A stretch of DNA of 64,000 nucleotides. It comes from Thermoplasmatales archaeon (lineage in GTDB: Archaea; Thermoplasmatota; Thermoplasmata; Thermoplasmatales; Thermoplasmataceae). The stretch's first letter is position 1, and every line of letters begins with the position of its first letter. The notes under the pieces were generated by a model. The model did not search any database. It saw only the letters and a list, made by a program, of their open reading frames with translations, and had not been told where the DNA came from. The stretch lies in assembly GCA_027310185.1 (NCBI GenBank), contig DAIDBH010000017.1, positions 128,001 through 192,000 of the forward strand, given 5' to 3'. A program made the position numbers and the translations under genes. Positions 29,674 through 37,676 of the stretch are shown in pieces.

Positions 29674-30081
29674 CTATATCTCAATAACTTGAATGTCAAG
29701 CTTTTTGCATTTATTATACAGTGTTTTGTCAAATGTGACTAAAGGTACTTTTCTCGAATGTGCATCATAAGCTATTATCCAGTCATTGAGATCTCTGAAA
29801 CTTAGCTTGTTTTCGACCATGAATGCGGATGCCTTCTCCATTATCTTTCCAGATAGCCATGAAACTGTGAAATATTCACTATGCAATAATTCGTCAATCT
29901 TAATTCTAACACTTTCATTATCTATTCCGTATCGGGGAAGCACAAAACCAAGTTCAACAATTGACAGTGAGTTCACTATGGGGTCTTCTGACCTATCGAT
30001 AAACTCTCTTGCACTTTCATGGTGTGGAGAATTCTCTATGGTATCATACACCAGAACATTTGTATCGACAAGCACCGTCAT
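29674..30081 (-). CDS. vapC: VapC PIN-domain toxin
   Basis: VLVDTNVLVY...VELGF...NDWIIA...TFDKTL. Confidence 0.9.
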   Translation of the reverse strand: MTVLVDTNVLVYDTIENSPHHESAREFIDRSEDPIVNSLSIVELGFVLPRYGIDNESVRIKIDELLHSEYFTVSWLSGKIMEKASAFMVENKLSFRDLNDWIIAYDAHSRKVPLVTFDKTLYNKCKKLDIQVIEI

Positions 30082-30314
30082 TTGCTCATCTCTTCCCATC
30101 CCGCCCTTATCTCACTATCAGCATCCATGGATGAAAGCTTTTCTATTGCCCTGAAGGTTATTCGCCCTCTGCGTTTCCTTGTAGAGTTTACACTATTCCG
30201 GAGACGTTGGTTAATGATCTTTGACATATTCTTTGTGCTACCATACTTTTCTATAGATTCTCTGACGATTTCAGCGTAGATTTCTTCATCCAGGTTGATA
30301 GTGGTTTTTATCAT
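30078..30314 (-). CDS. vapB: RHH-type VapB antitoxin
   Basis: KTTINLDEEIY...MSKIINQRLR; upstream palindrome ATGGTAATACCAT (30323-30335). Confidence 0.82.
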   Translation of the reverse strand: MIKTTINLDEEIYAEIVRESIEKYGSTKNMSKIINQRLRNSVNSTRKRRGRITFRAIEKLSSMDADSEIRAGWEEMSK

Positions 30315-30434
30315 GAATGTGAATGGTAATACCATATAAACATTTAACGGTAAACTGTCAGTCTTTTAATTAATACGGTTCGCTTATCAAATGCACTATC
30401 TTTTTCGTCTGGAAATAATATTTCAAGAATTCGT

Positions 30435-30695
30435 GTGACATCCTATTCCAGCTTTCGCAGGGAGCTTCCCACTTCAAAGGTTGCTGGTGGAATCTCCATG
30501 AATTTGGAACCCCCTGTGTCCGAAGGCACTCTATCTTTCATGCTAAGCCATCTGACTTTACAGAAGCATGCACGATTGAAACAATATGCTGTCCGACCTT
30601 TTTCACTTCTGTTTGCGAACACACATCGCAATTTCCCTAAAAAGATAATAGTTTTCGCTACATTTCATCCCCATCTTGCAAAGGTGGAATTCCCG
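30435..30695 (-). mobile_element. Non-coding IS200/IS605-like miniature element, copy B
   Basis: Minus strand begins with GGAATTCCACCTTTGCAAGATGGGGATGAA (left-end-like hairpin) and ends GGAAGCTCCCTGCGAAAGCTGGAATAGGATGTCAC (tnpB right-end-like); similar to 2901-3145. Confidence 0.6.
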
Positions 30696-30700
30696 ATCGC

Positions 30701-30738
30701 GTATGCTAAAACTTTAATCCAATCCCAACTGGTCCATA
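30701..30738 (+). repeat. att-like hybrid repeat R8 (degenerate, most distal)
   Basis: GTATGCTAAAACTTTAA-TCCAATCCCAACTGGTCCATA. Confidence 0.8.
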
Positions 30739-30858
30739 AATACCTGTATTAAGAATTATTCTATCATATTTCATTAATAATCTTAATCCAACTTACTTTA
30801 TTGAACGCTTTATCGTGATTAAGAATTACTGGTGAATTGAATAACCATGTTCATCACT

Positions 30859-31059
30859 TTAACTTTCCGGAATAAGGTATACTAGACGAATGGCAATTAC
30901 AGTTGATATTAATCCAACAATGAAACCGATGTTGTAAATTGTGCCATCAGATGAGCCGAATGGGTATTGCAATATCCCAAGCCAGTTTAGCCAGATTGCA
31001 ACGAAGGATATTATAACAGCCGTAGTTATGAGTTTTTTTAGCGTCCTGGTTCTGACCAT
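30859..31059 (-). CDS. Small 2-TM hypothetical membrane protein
   Basis: Two hydrophobic helices; TATA-like element upstream. Confidence 0.6.
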   Translation of the reverse strand: MVRTRTLKKLITTAVIISFVAIWLNWLGILQYPFGSSDGTIYNIGFIVGLISTVIAIRLVYLIPES

Positions 31060-31480
31060 GAATAAAAATTACTTAATCATATATAAAACTTATTAGTTAA
31101 TATAGGAAAATAGAATATAATTTCAACCCCATTAGTCCCATTTTTGAGTTAAAAACTTAAGCTAATAACATCCTCTTGTGTCCTGGTGATTTATGTTACA
31201 ATTTTCCTTATGAACATTGAAATGATAACAATAATTTTCTTTGATATTTCAATTCTATTTCTTTCTGTTCTTCTATATGAATGTCTAGACTGAGAAAAAG
31301 AAGTTCATCCCAATCTATTGATATTGAGCACAATATCTATTTTATGGCTTTTTGGACAAAAAGTCATTATGTACTTCTATGAATGGAGAAAATTTCTTAT
31401 ATTCACGACCTCAACTGCCAATGGAACTACTGGAACTATACTCATCTTTCAGATTTATTAAGTAGTCTAACGTGTACAGT

Positions 31481-32011
31481 TTAAAGAGGTAACTTTTTCC
31501 AGTCCATCAGGTCCTTATTATTCAGAGACCTGATTTCAAGTTTTTCAAGTAGATCCAGAAATAGGTCGTCCCTTATCTCCTTCCCGTAAACCTTGTCCAT
31601 AGAATGATGAAACAATGCTGATTTCAAAGCGCTTGTTGTAATGGCCGACTGAAGGCTTGTTGCATTGTCTGCATCACTCCTTATCTGTTTGGAGAAGTCT
31701 TTAGATATATCTTCCTTCTGCAGATCTTTCAGAAAATCGTCAACTATGTTTTCCAACTTCCTACTATTTTCTTCTGCCAGAACAACTCTGACCTTATATG
31801 TTGGTTCAAATTCTATCTTATCATCATTGACTTTAAACCATTTCAACGCATCTTTTTCAAAGAACACTTCTGAAATGATCTTCGCAACGTTCTTGGGATT
31901 TGAGAAGTCAACACCGCTTGTCAGATCGTATGTGACCAGCGATCCATCCTCTGATACTTTCCTCGAATTTTCAATACTTGACTTGATACTATCTTCCGTA
32001 CTCATGAACAT
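31481..32011 (-). CDS. Hypothetical protein
   Basis: 176-aa ORF with globular composition. Confidence 0.7.
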   Translation of the reverse strand: MFMSTEDSIKSSIENSRKVSEDGSLVTYDLTSGVDFSNPKNVAKIISEVFFEKDALKWFKVNDDKIEFEPTYKVRVVLAEENSRKLENIVDDFLKDLQKEDISKDFSKQIRSDADNATSLQSAITTSALKSALFHHSMDKVYGKEIRDDLFLDLLEKLEIRSLNNKDLMDWKKLPL

Positions 32012-32266
32012 AAATGTAAAATAACAGATATAGATATTTTCAATGTATTTATGCAGGATTACTGTGATTGGAATTCTTCAACTGGTTGCCATAATATATG
32101 ATATTCTCACTCCGTTTTCTCTATCTTTGGCCACACTTTAACTAATAGAACTAGGACGCTGAAGCGTAGCTTAATAGGAACGATTAAGATTGATTTATGA
32201 GTTTACTTAAACTCGACATTCGTATTGCTTTGCAGCCAGATAAGCTCTGGAGCAACGATATATAAA

Positions 32267-32830
32267 TCAGGTTACCGGTTCATAATGTAACCCAACCACA
32301 CCGTTCTTAAATGCTTTCGCAGAGATTAGCCTCAGCTTATGTCTATTGTCGCTGTCATGAAAGAGTGGTTTCCCTGAACCAAGGATGATTGGTCTAATCC
32401 TGATTCGGAATTCATCCACAAGATTATTCATTACAAGAGCTGCTACTAGAGTGCCGCTTCCCACAACCACCATATCCTTCCCATTGCCTTGCTTGAAATC
32501 CTTTAACCATGCTATTGGATCTTCTCTTACTATGGTCAATGGTTTCCACTTTCCCTCCCTTAGTGTTCGAGAAAAAACAATCTTTTTGAGATTATTCAAT
32601 TGCCCGATTATCTCCTGATCAAATCCATCCGGGCTTGGCGATGCATTGGGCCAGAATTCGCTGAATTCCTGATAGGTTACCCTGCCATAGAGCATTGTAT
32701 CTACCCTTCTAAGGATTTCTTTTGACCAGTTTATTTCATCACTGTCAAAACCGAACCAATCTATTTCATTCTTCAAACTTGTATAATAACCATCCAGGGA
32801 GATAATGGAGTCAAGAATTATCCTTTTCAT
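32267..32830 (-). CDS. Dihydrofolate reductase-like (RibD C-terminal) protein
   Basis: ISLDGY, LYGRVTY, KIVFSRTL, GSGTLV, LVDE...PIILGSGKPLF. Confidence 0.92.
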   Translation of the reverse strand: MKRIILDSIISLDGYYTSLKNEIDWFGFDSDEINWSKEILRRVDTMLYGRVTYQEFSEFWPNASPSPDGFDQEIIGQLNNLKKIVFSRTLREGKWKPLTIVREDPIAWLKDFKQGNGKDMVVVGSGTLVAALVMNNLVDEFRIRIRPIILGSGKPLFHDSDNRHKLRLISAKAFKNGVVGLHYEPVT

Positions 32831-33039
32831 GCTATTATATCTAAATCAAATATATAGAAACCTACCCTTGCTTATTTAAACTAAAGACTGATCACATTAC
32901 TTTTTACTTTTACTAGAAATTCCCATTCACTTCACACTGCTTTGTAAGAGTGCGTAGGAATTTGTTATCATTGAAACAGTGTAAATCTGTGATAGTTATC
33001 TGAGTCGTAATATATATATAAGCATGTTCATTTAGTTTC

Positions 33040-34176
33040 ATGAATAGGAAAATAATAATTAGCACTTTAATGGCTACTATGTTTATAGTATCAGGAATTG
33101 TAGTTGCTATGAATAGTTCGTTTGAAAACACAAATGAGCTAAATACAAGTGCACATAGAAGTTTAGCAAATTCCGAACTATTGAGCGCTAGATCTGGCTC
33201 CATAGCCTTGCAGTTCGATAAGTGGTATAGAGAGACATATAATGGAAGGAATCCTAATTCTATGAAAAATTTTACAATAACACAAAGAGATATGGTATTT
33301 TCTAATTTTATACATTATGACTCTGCAGGACGGAAATCTCTCATGATTAGGACCAATAGTGATATAAAAAAATTTGATACTTTAAATCTTAAACACGCAG
33401 AGGTTACATTATTCGATTTAATTCATGAAAATAAGGTCATTAATTATAGTAAGATAGAGAGTTTAAGTGCTGGAAATAAGAGAATGTCAATTTATTACAG
33501 TTCAAATTCAAGTAATTCATTCCTTGTACATATAGAAACAGAACTTCCTAAAGGTGTTTCTTTCGACAGTGGAGAGTGGATAATGGTATCAATAGATTAT
33601 TTTGTTTATCACGCACCATGGTGGCTAGGTGGTTGGTCTGTTACATATGGTGAACAGGATCAATTCAATGAATTGTGGGCAGGATGTACGGCGCAAACTA
33701 ATTATAATAACTTTGAGAACACCGTAAATGTAGGTGGATTGACTAGTGGGGTTGCAGTTTCATCAATAACCGGTCTAATAACGGCCGGAGCGATTGGTGG
33801 ATCATGGGGTGGACCCATTGGAGTAATTGCTGGAGCAATTGTAGCAGTCATAGCTGGATTGGTAGTTATTCATTTAGATAATACAATGACTTCTCTATAT
33901 GAGTCCACCTATGCGAATGAACCTTCAGGCAACAAATATATTTGGATATATTTTGTAAATGACTATTATTATCCTTGGATCACTGTTGTCGGTTCATTCT
34001 ATTCAACGATTGGGATGTATGGATATCTTTCAAGTGGTCAGGTGGAAACATTCTTTGGTAACAACCCGTGGATCTCATATAATGGCATCCAAGCTGTCAC
34101 AGTTTCAGCTTATTTTTCTTCATATGTTCATAGCATAGCAGATAATTATGGATCTGGAACTTGGGTGTACTCTTGA
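33040..34176 (+). CDS. Secreted protein with C-terminal Gly-rich hydrophobic hairpin
   Basis: Signal peptide MNRKIIISTLMATMFIVSGIVVA; GLITAGAIGGSWGGPIGVIAGAIVAVIAGLVV. Confidence 0.75.
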   Translation: MNRKIIISTLMATMFIVSGIVVAMNSSFENTNELNTSAHRSLANSELLSARSGSIALQFDKWYRETYNGRNPNSMKNFTITQRDMVFSNFIHYDSAGRKSLMIRTNSDIKKFDTLNLKHAEVTLFDLIHENKVINYSKIESLSAGNKRMSIYYSSNSSNSFLVHIETELPKGVSFDSGEWIMVSIDYFVYHAPWWLGGWSVTYGEQDQFNELWAGCTAQTNYNNFENTVNVGGLTSGVAVSSITGLITAGAIGGSWGGPIGVIAGAIVAVIAGLVVIHLDNTMTSLYESTYANEPSGNKYIWIYFVNDYYYPWITVVGSFYSTIGMYGYLSSGQVETFFGNNPWISYNGIQAVTVSAYFSSYVHSIADNYGSGTWVYS

Positions 34177-34186
34177 AGGTGTGAAA

Positions 34187-34522
34187 ATGATAAATTCAAT
34201 CTATATTATATATTATTATTTATTTTTTGTATTACTGGTATTATGGATTTACTTACTGGCATACTTCTTTCGGAGGTCGAAAAATGCTGGGATAGGAAAA
34301 TACAGGTATTTTCTTCTAGTTGCTAGTCTTCTAGTTTTGTGCAATGATATAGCTATTATGGTAATTGGAAAGTTATATAAATTCAATGTGAATTCAATCA
34401 CAAATATAATTCAAACACAGCTAAATGTAATAATTATTGCCTTTGTGTTTGAGTTGCTTGCATTTTTAACTTTGTTTATCTACATCAGCTACGCAACGAA
34501 TAGAAAGCAGACAAAGGTGTAG
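34187..34522 (+). CDS. Small 3-TM membrane protein
   Basis: Three hydrophobic helices; starts 10 bp after 33040-34176. Confidence 0.7.
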   Translation: MINSIYIIYYYLFFVLLVLWIYLLAYFFRRSKNAGIGKYRYFLLVASLLVLCNDIAIMVIGKLYKFNVNSITNIIQTQLNVIIIAFVFELLAFLTLFIYISYATNRKQTKV

Positions 34523-34574
34523 CCTATAATTACTTATCTTTTTGATCACCAAATCATATTATCTCTCTAATATC

Positions 34575-34830
34575 ATGCAGTATTTGAAGGATCAAGATCA
34601 GGGTCGACCACGGTAAAGAATATGCTCGCAGTTCTTCCCTTAGGAAACCATAATACACCAGAAAACCTTGACGGAAAGTCTGCAATATTATGCACAGATC
34701 AGCCACTATCCGCTGAAGAGATAGCTTATATTTATCTGGAGAAGGACTTCGTTGAGAAGGTATTCCGCACCATGTAGAGTCGGGAAGAGATAGTTCCTGT
34801 GAGGCACAGACTTGAAAGAAGGGTACGGGT
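34575..34830 (+). pseudogene. IS1634-like transposase C-terminal remnant
   Basis: GKSAILCTDQPLSAEEIAYIYLEKDFVEKVFRTM*SREEIVPVRHRLERRVR. Confidence 0.7.
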
Positions 34831-34910
34831 TTAGAGACAATAATGACTTTGTAAAATAGTAAGTCTTCATATGTAAAATAGTTAGCACCAATATCCCTTA
34901 AGGAATAGCA

Positions 34911-35396
34911 ATGACACTGCTTTATGATAGAGATATAAGACTTAGATCTGTTGATTTAAAAGAGGATGTGAATTCATTCCTTTTATGGTATAATACACCA
35001 GAGGTTATTTTTTACTCTGAAGGGCCGAAAGTAATGCCCTATGGAAGAGAAGTAATAGAGAGAATGATCAACGTACTTTCCGAAATCGGTGAGTGTTATT
35101 TAATAGAAGTTTTTAAGGAGGATACCTGGACCCCCATTGGCGATGCAAGTATAACAACGAAAAAGACCCCAATTACTATAGGCGTTAAGGAATATTGGGG
35201 AAATGGATTTGGGACAAGAGTCCTTGCGTTGCTGATAAATCGTGCCAGGGAGATTGGATTGAAAAAACTTGTGGTAAGTGGCATTTATGAATATAATGAA
35301 AGAAGTCTTCGCTTATACAGTAAAGCTGGTTTCACAGAAACTGATCGTTTTGAGGAAGATAGTTACAATTGCATAAAAATGGAGTTGAAACTATAG
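34911..35396 (+). CDS. GNAT family N-acetyltransferase
   Basis: YWGNGFGTRVL...NERSLRLYSKAGF. Confidence 0.88.
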   Translation: MTLLYDRDIRLRSVDLKEDVNSFLLWYNTPEVIFYSEGPKVMPYGREVIERMINVLSEIGECYLIEVFKEDTWTPIGDASITTKKTPITIGVKEYWGNGFGTRVLALLINRAREIGLKKLVVSGIYEYNERSLRLYSKAGFTETDRFEEDSYNCIKMELKL

Positions 35397-35721
35397 TCTT
35401 CTTTGTAGCTATAAAATGATGTGTGCTTAAGTTGGCAAATTTCTTTCATCAATTTTCTGATGGTTTTGATTTAATTAGTTTAAACCAATTTATTCTGGCT
35501 GTCTTCTATCCACATATTAAAAAGTATTTTTACTCCGTAGTTACCAATCTTTCTACCATAGGAAGGTTGTGATACTTTTTTGATCTTGATTTTTAAGCTA
35601 TCAACAATCTCTGAATGGATTGCCCCGTATTCACTGGCTATCAGAAACGTGTATGAGATATGATTAGTGGTAATATTTGTTAACTAAAACGTTAAGACAA
35701 TTGGAATCATAATTATCAGTA

Positions 35722-36393
35722 ATGAGTTATTATAAAAGACAAGTCACTGTCAGTACAGATTCAGAATTCAAAAGAAGATCTGGCGATATCATTGATTTGG
35801 GAAATAAGCTGTATTCAAGAGGATTGCTTAATGCTACGAGCGGTAATATAAGCTCTGTTCTGAATGAAGATCCCCTCGAGCTTGCAATTACTGCAAGTGG
35901 AGTGGATAAGGGAAATATGAATGCTGAGGATATCATTATTATTGATTCAGATGGAACTGTTACCGAAGGAAATGGAAAACCTTCTGCTGAAACATTGCTT
36001 CATCTTGCTGTAATAAAAAATAGTGAAGCCAAATCGGTGATACATACTCACTCAATATGGTCTACTGTCCTCTCAAGAATATATTTGCCTGAAGGCTTCC
36101 TAAGCCTTAAAGGATACGAAATGCTTAAGGCCCTCGACGGAAATAAGACGCATGAAACTAATGAAGTGATACCTGTGTTTGAAAATACACAGGACATGAA
36201 GGGGTTATCTGAAAGAGTTTCAAAATATCTTAAGGAACATCCAGAAACGCATGGTTTTGTACTTAGCGGCCATGGACTCTACACCTGGGGAAAGAGCCTC
36301 AAGGAAGCTAAGAGATCTGTTGAAGCACTTGAGTTTCTGCTTGAAGTTAAGGGCAGGGAGTTAAGCCTATCGGAAATAAAAATACAAGGGTGA
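35722..36393 (+). CDS. mtnB: Methylthioribulose-1-phosphate dehydratase
   Basis: ATSGNIS, ITASGVDKG, PSAETLLH, HTHS, GYEMLKAL, GHGLYTWG. Confidence 0.93.
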   Translation: MSYYKRQVTVSTDSEFKRRSGDIIDLGNKLYSRGLLNATSGNISSVLNEDPLELAITASGVDKGNMNAEDIIIIDSDGTVTEGNGKPSAETLLHLAVIKNSEAKSVIHTHSIWSTVLSRIYLPEGFLSLKGYEMLKALDGNKTHETNEVIPVFENTQDMKGLSERVSKYLKEHPETHGFVLSGHGLYTWGKSLKEAKRSVEALEFLLEVKGRELSLSEIKIQG

Positions 36394-36397
36394 GTAA

Positions 36398-36958
36398 ATG
36401 GTTTCATTGAAGATATTAGAAAAGCATCAAGAGATTAATGATCCGCTGAAAGTGTCAAAAATTCTCAATGGGTATGGGATAAAGTATGAAAAGTGGAATT
36501 CAGATAAACTCCAATCTGAAAATGCATCTCCCGAAAAGATACTTGATGTATATCATGAGGAAGTGGAGAAACTAAAAAAAGAAGGGGGTTATGTGACTGC
36601 AGATGTTATTGATATAAACGATAGCACTCCTGGACTTAATGAGATGCTGGCTAAGTTCAACAAAGAACACTGGCACGATGAAGATGAGGTTAGGTACACG
36701 ATAAAGGGTCATGGGTTGTTTCATATTTATCCAGAAGAAGGAGTTACCTTATCAGTAGAGGTTGAAAAAGGAGACCTTCTGAGAGTACCAAGAGGGACAA
36801 AACACTGGTTTGATCTCTGTAAAGACAGAGAAATAAGAGCTATAAGACTGTTCCAGAACAAAAGTGGGTGGACCCCGTATTATACAAACAGTGGAAACGA
36901 AAAGAAATTCGTTCCACTGTGCTTTGGTCCTTCATTTATTCCCCTCAGGAAGGATTAG
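36398..36958 (+). CDS. mtnD: Acireductone dioxygenase
   Basis: KFNKEHWHDEDEVRY...GDLLRVPRGTKHWF...AIRLF. Confidence 0.93.
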   Translation: MVSLKILEKHQEINDPLKVSKILNGYGIKYEKWNSDKLQSENASPEKILDVYHEEVEKLKKEGGYVTADVIDINDSTPGLNEMLAKFNKEHWHDEDEVRYTIKGHGLFHIYPEEGVTLSVEVEKGDLLRVPRGTKHWFDLCKDREIRAIRLFQNKSGWTPYYTNSGNEKKFVPLCFGPSFIPLRKD

Positions 36959-36966
36959 GGCACACC

Positions 36967-37671
36967 ATGGCATGTAAAATTTATACAGAAAATACTGTAA
37001 TACTTGACATAGAGGGGACCACAACCCCAATAGATTTTGTGCATGTGACCCTGTTTAAGTATGCCAGAGATAACCTGACTGAATTCCTTTTGAAAAACAA
37101 TAAAGGCAATGCACTGGAACAGATACTTCTAGAAATAGTTGAATATTCAAAAATTACTGAAAGAAGGGAACCTATCAGTGATGAACAGATTGTTGCGTGT
37201 ATTGAGAACCTTATAGAAAAGGATAGCAAGCTTGGAGCACTGAAAAAACTTGAGGGACTCATCTGGCAGGAAGGTTATGAATCCGGAAAGCTGAAGAGTG
37301 AGATATACGATGATGTGCCAGAATCTCTCAAAGGATGGAAAAAATCAGGAAAAAAGATCTATATTTACTCATCAGGAAGCGTACTGGCACAAAAGCTCCT
37401 GTTTAGATACTCCATATTTGGGGATCTTACAGGATACATTGACGGTTATTTCGACACGGAAATAGGGTCCAAGAAGGAGATTGAAAGTTACAGGAATATT
37501 TCCAAGAATTTGGAAGTTTTACCCGAAAGAATTACATTCATAACAGATTCCGAAGAAGAGATGAAGTCAGCACGAAATGCAGGTATTAATTCATTTCTCA
37601 TCAAAAGGAATTATAATGAATCAGATGGTCAGCAGGTTGATTTCATCGTTGATTTTAAAAGCCTCTGTTGA
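36967..37671 (+). CDS. mtnC: Enolase-phosphatase E1 (acireductone synthase)
   Basis: LDIEGTTTPIDFVHVTLF, LEGLIWQEGY, IYSSGSVLAQKLLF, YFDT. Confidence 0.93.
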   Translation: MACKIYTENTVILDIEGTTTPIDFVHVTLFKYARDNLTEFLLKNNKGNALEQILLEIVEYSKITERREPISDEQIVACIENLIEKDSKLGALKKLEGLIWQEGYESGKLKSEIYDDVPESLKGWKKSGKKIYIYSSGSVLAQKLLFRYSIFGDLTGYIDGYFDTEIGSKKEIESYRNISKNLEVLPERITFITDSEEEMKSARNAGINSFLIKRNYNESDGQQVDFIVDFKSLC

Positions 37672-37676
37672 AAAAT

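Larger units (their letters stand above)
7569..30738. mobile_element. tRNA-Ala-anchored composite island / tandem cassette array
   Basis: Bounded by the tRNA 3' end and subdivided by 8 direct repeats containing it; accessory cargo (TA pairs, metal resistance, IS remnants). Confidence 0.85.

Noticed and set aside
18977-30738. The repeats as a CRISPR array or as integron attC sites
   Set aside because: Spacing is 1-2.6 kb with whole genes between copies and no cas genes are present. The repeats lack the attC RYYYAAC...GTTRRRY hairpin and instead copy a tRNA 3' end.
32221-34905. Possible further repeats at ~32221 (CGTATTGCTT) and ~34892 (ATATCCCTTAAG)
   Set aside because: Only short matches to the left arm with no tRNA-derived half; expected by chance in AT-rich DNA.
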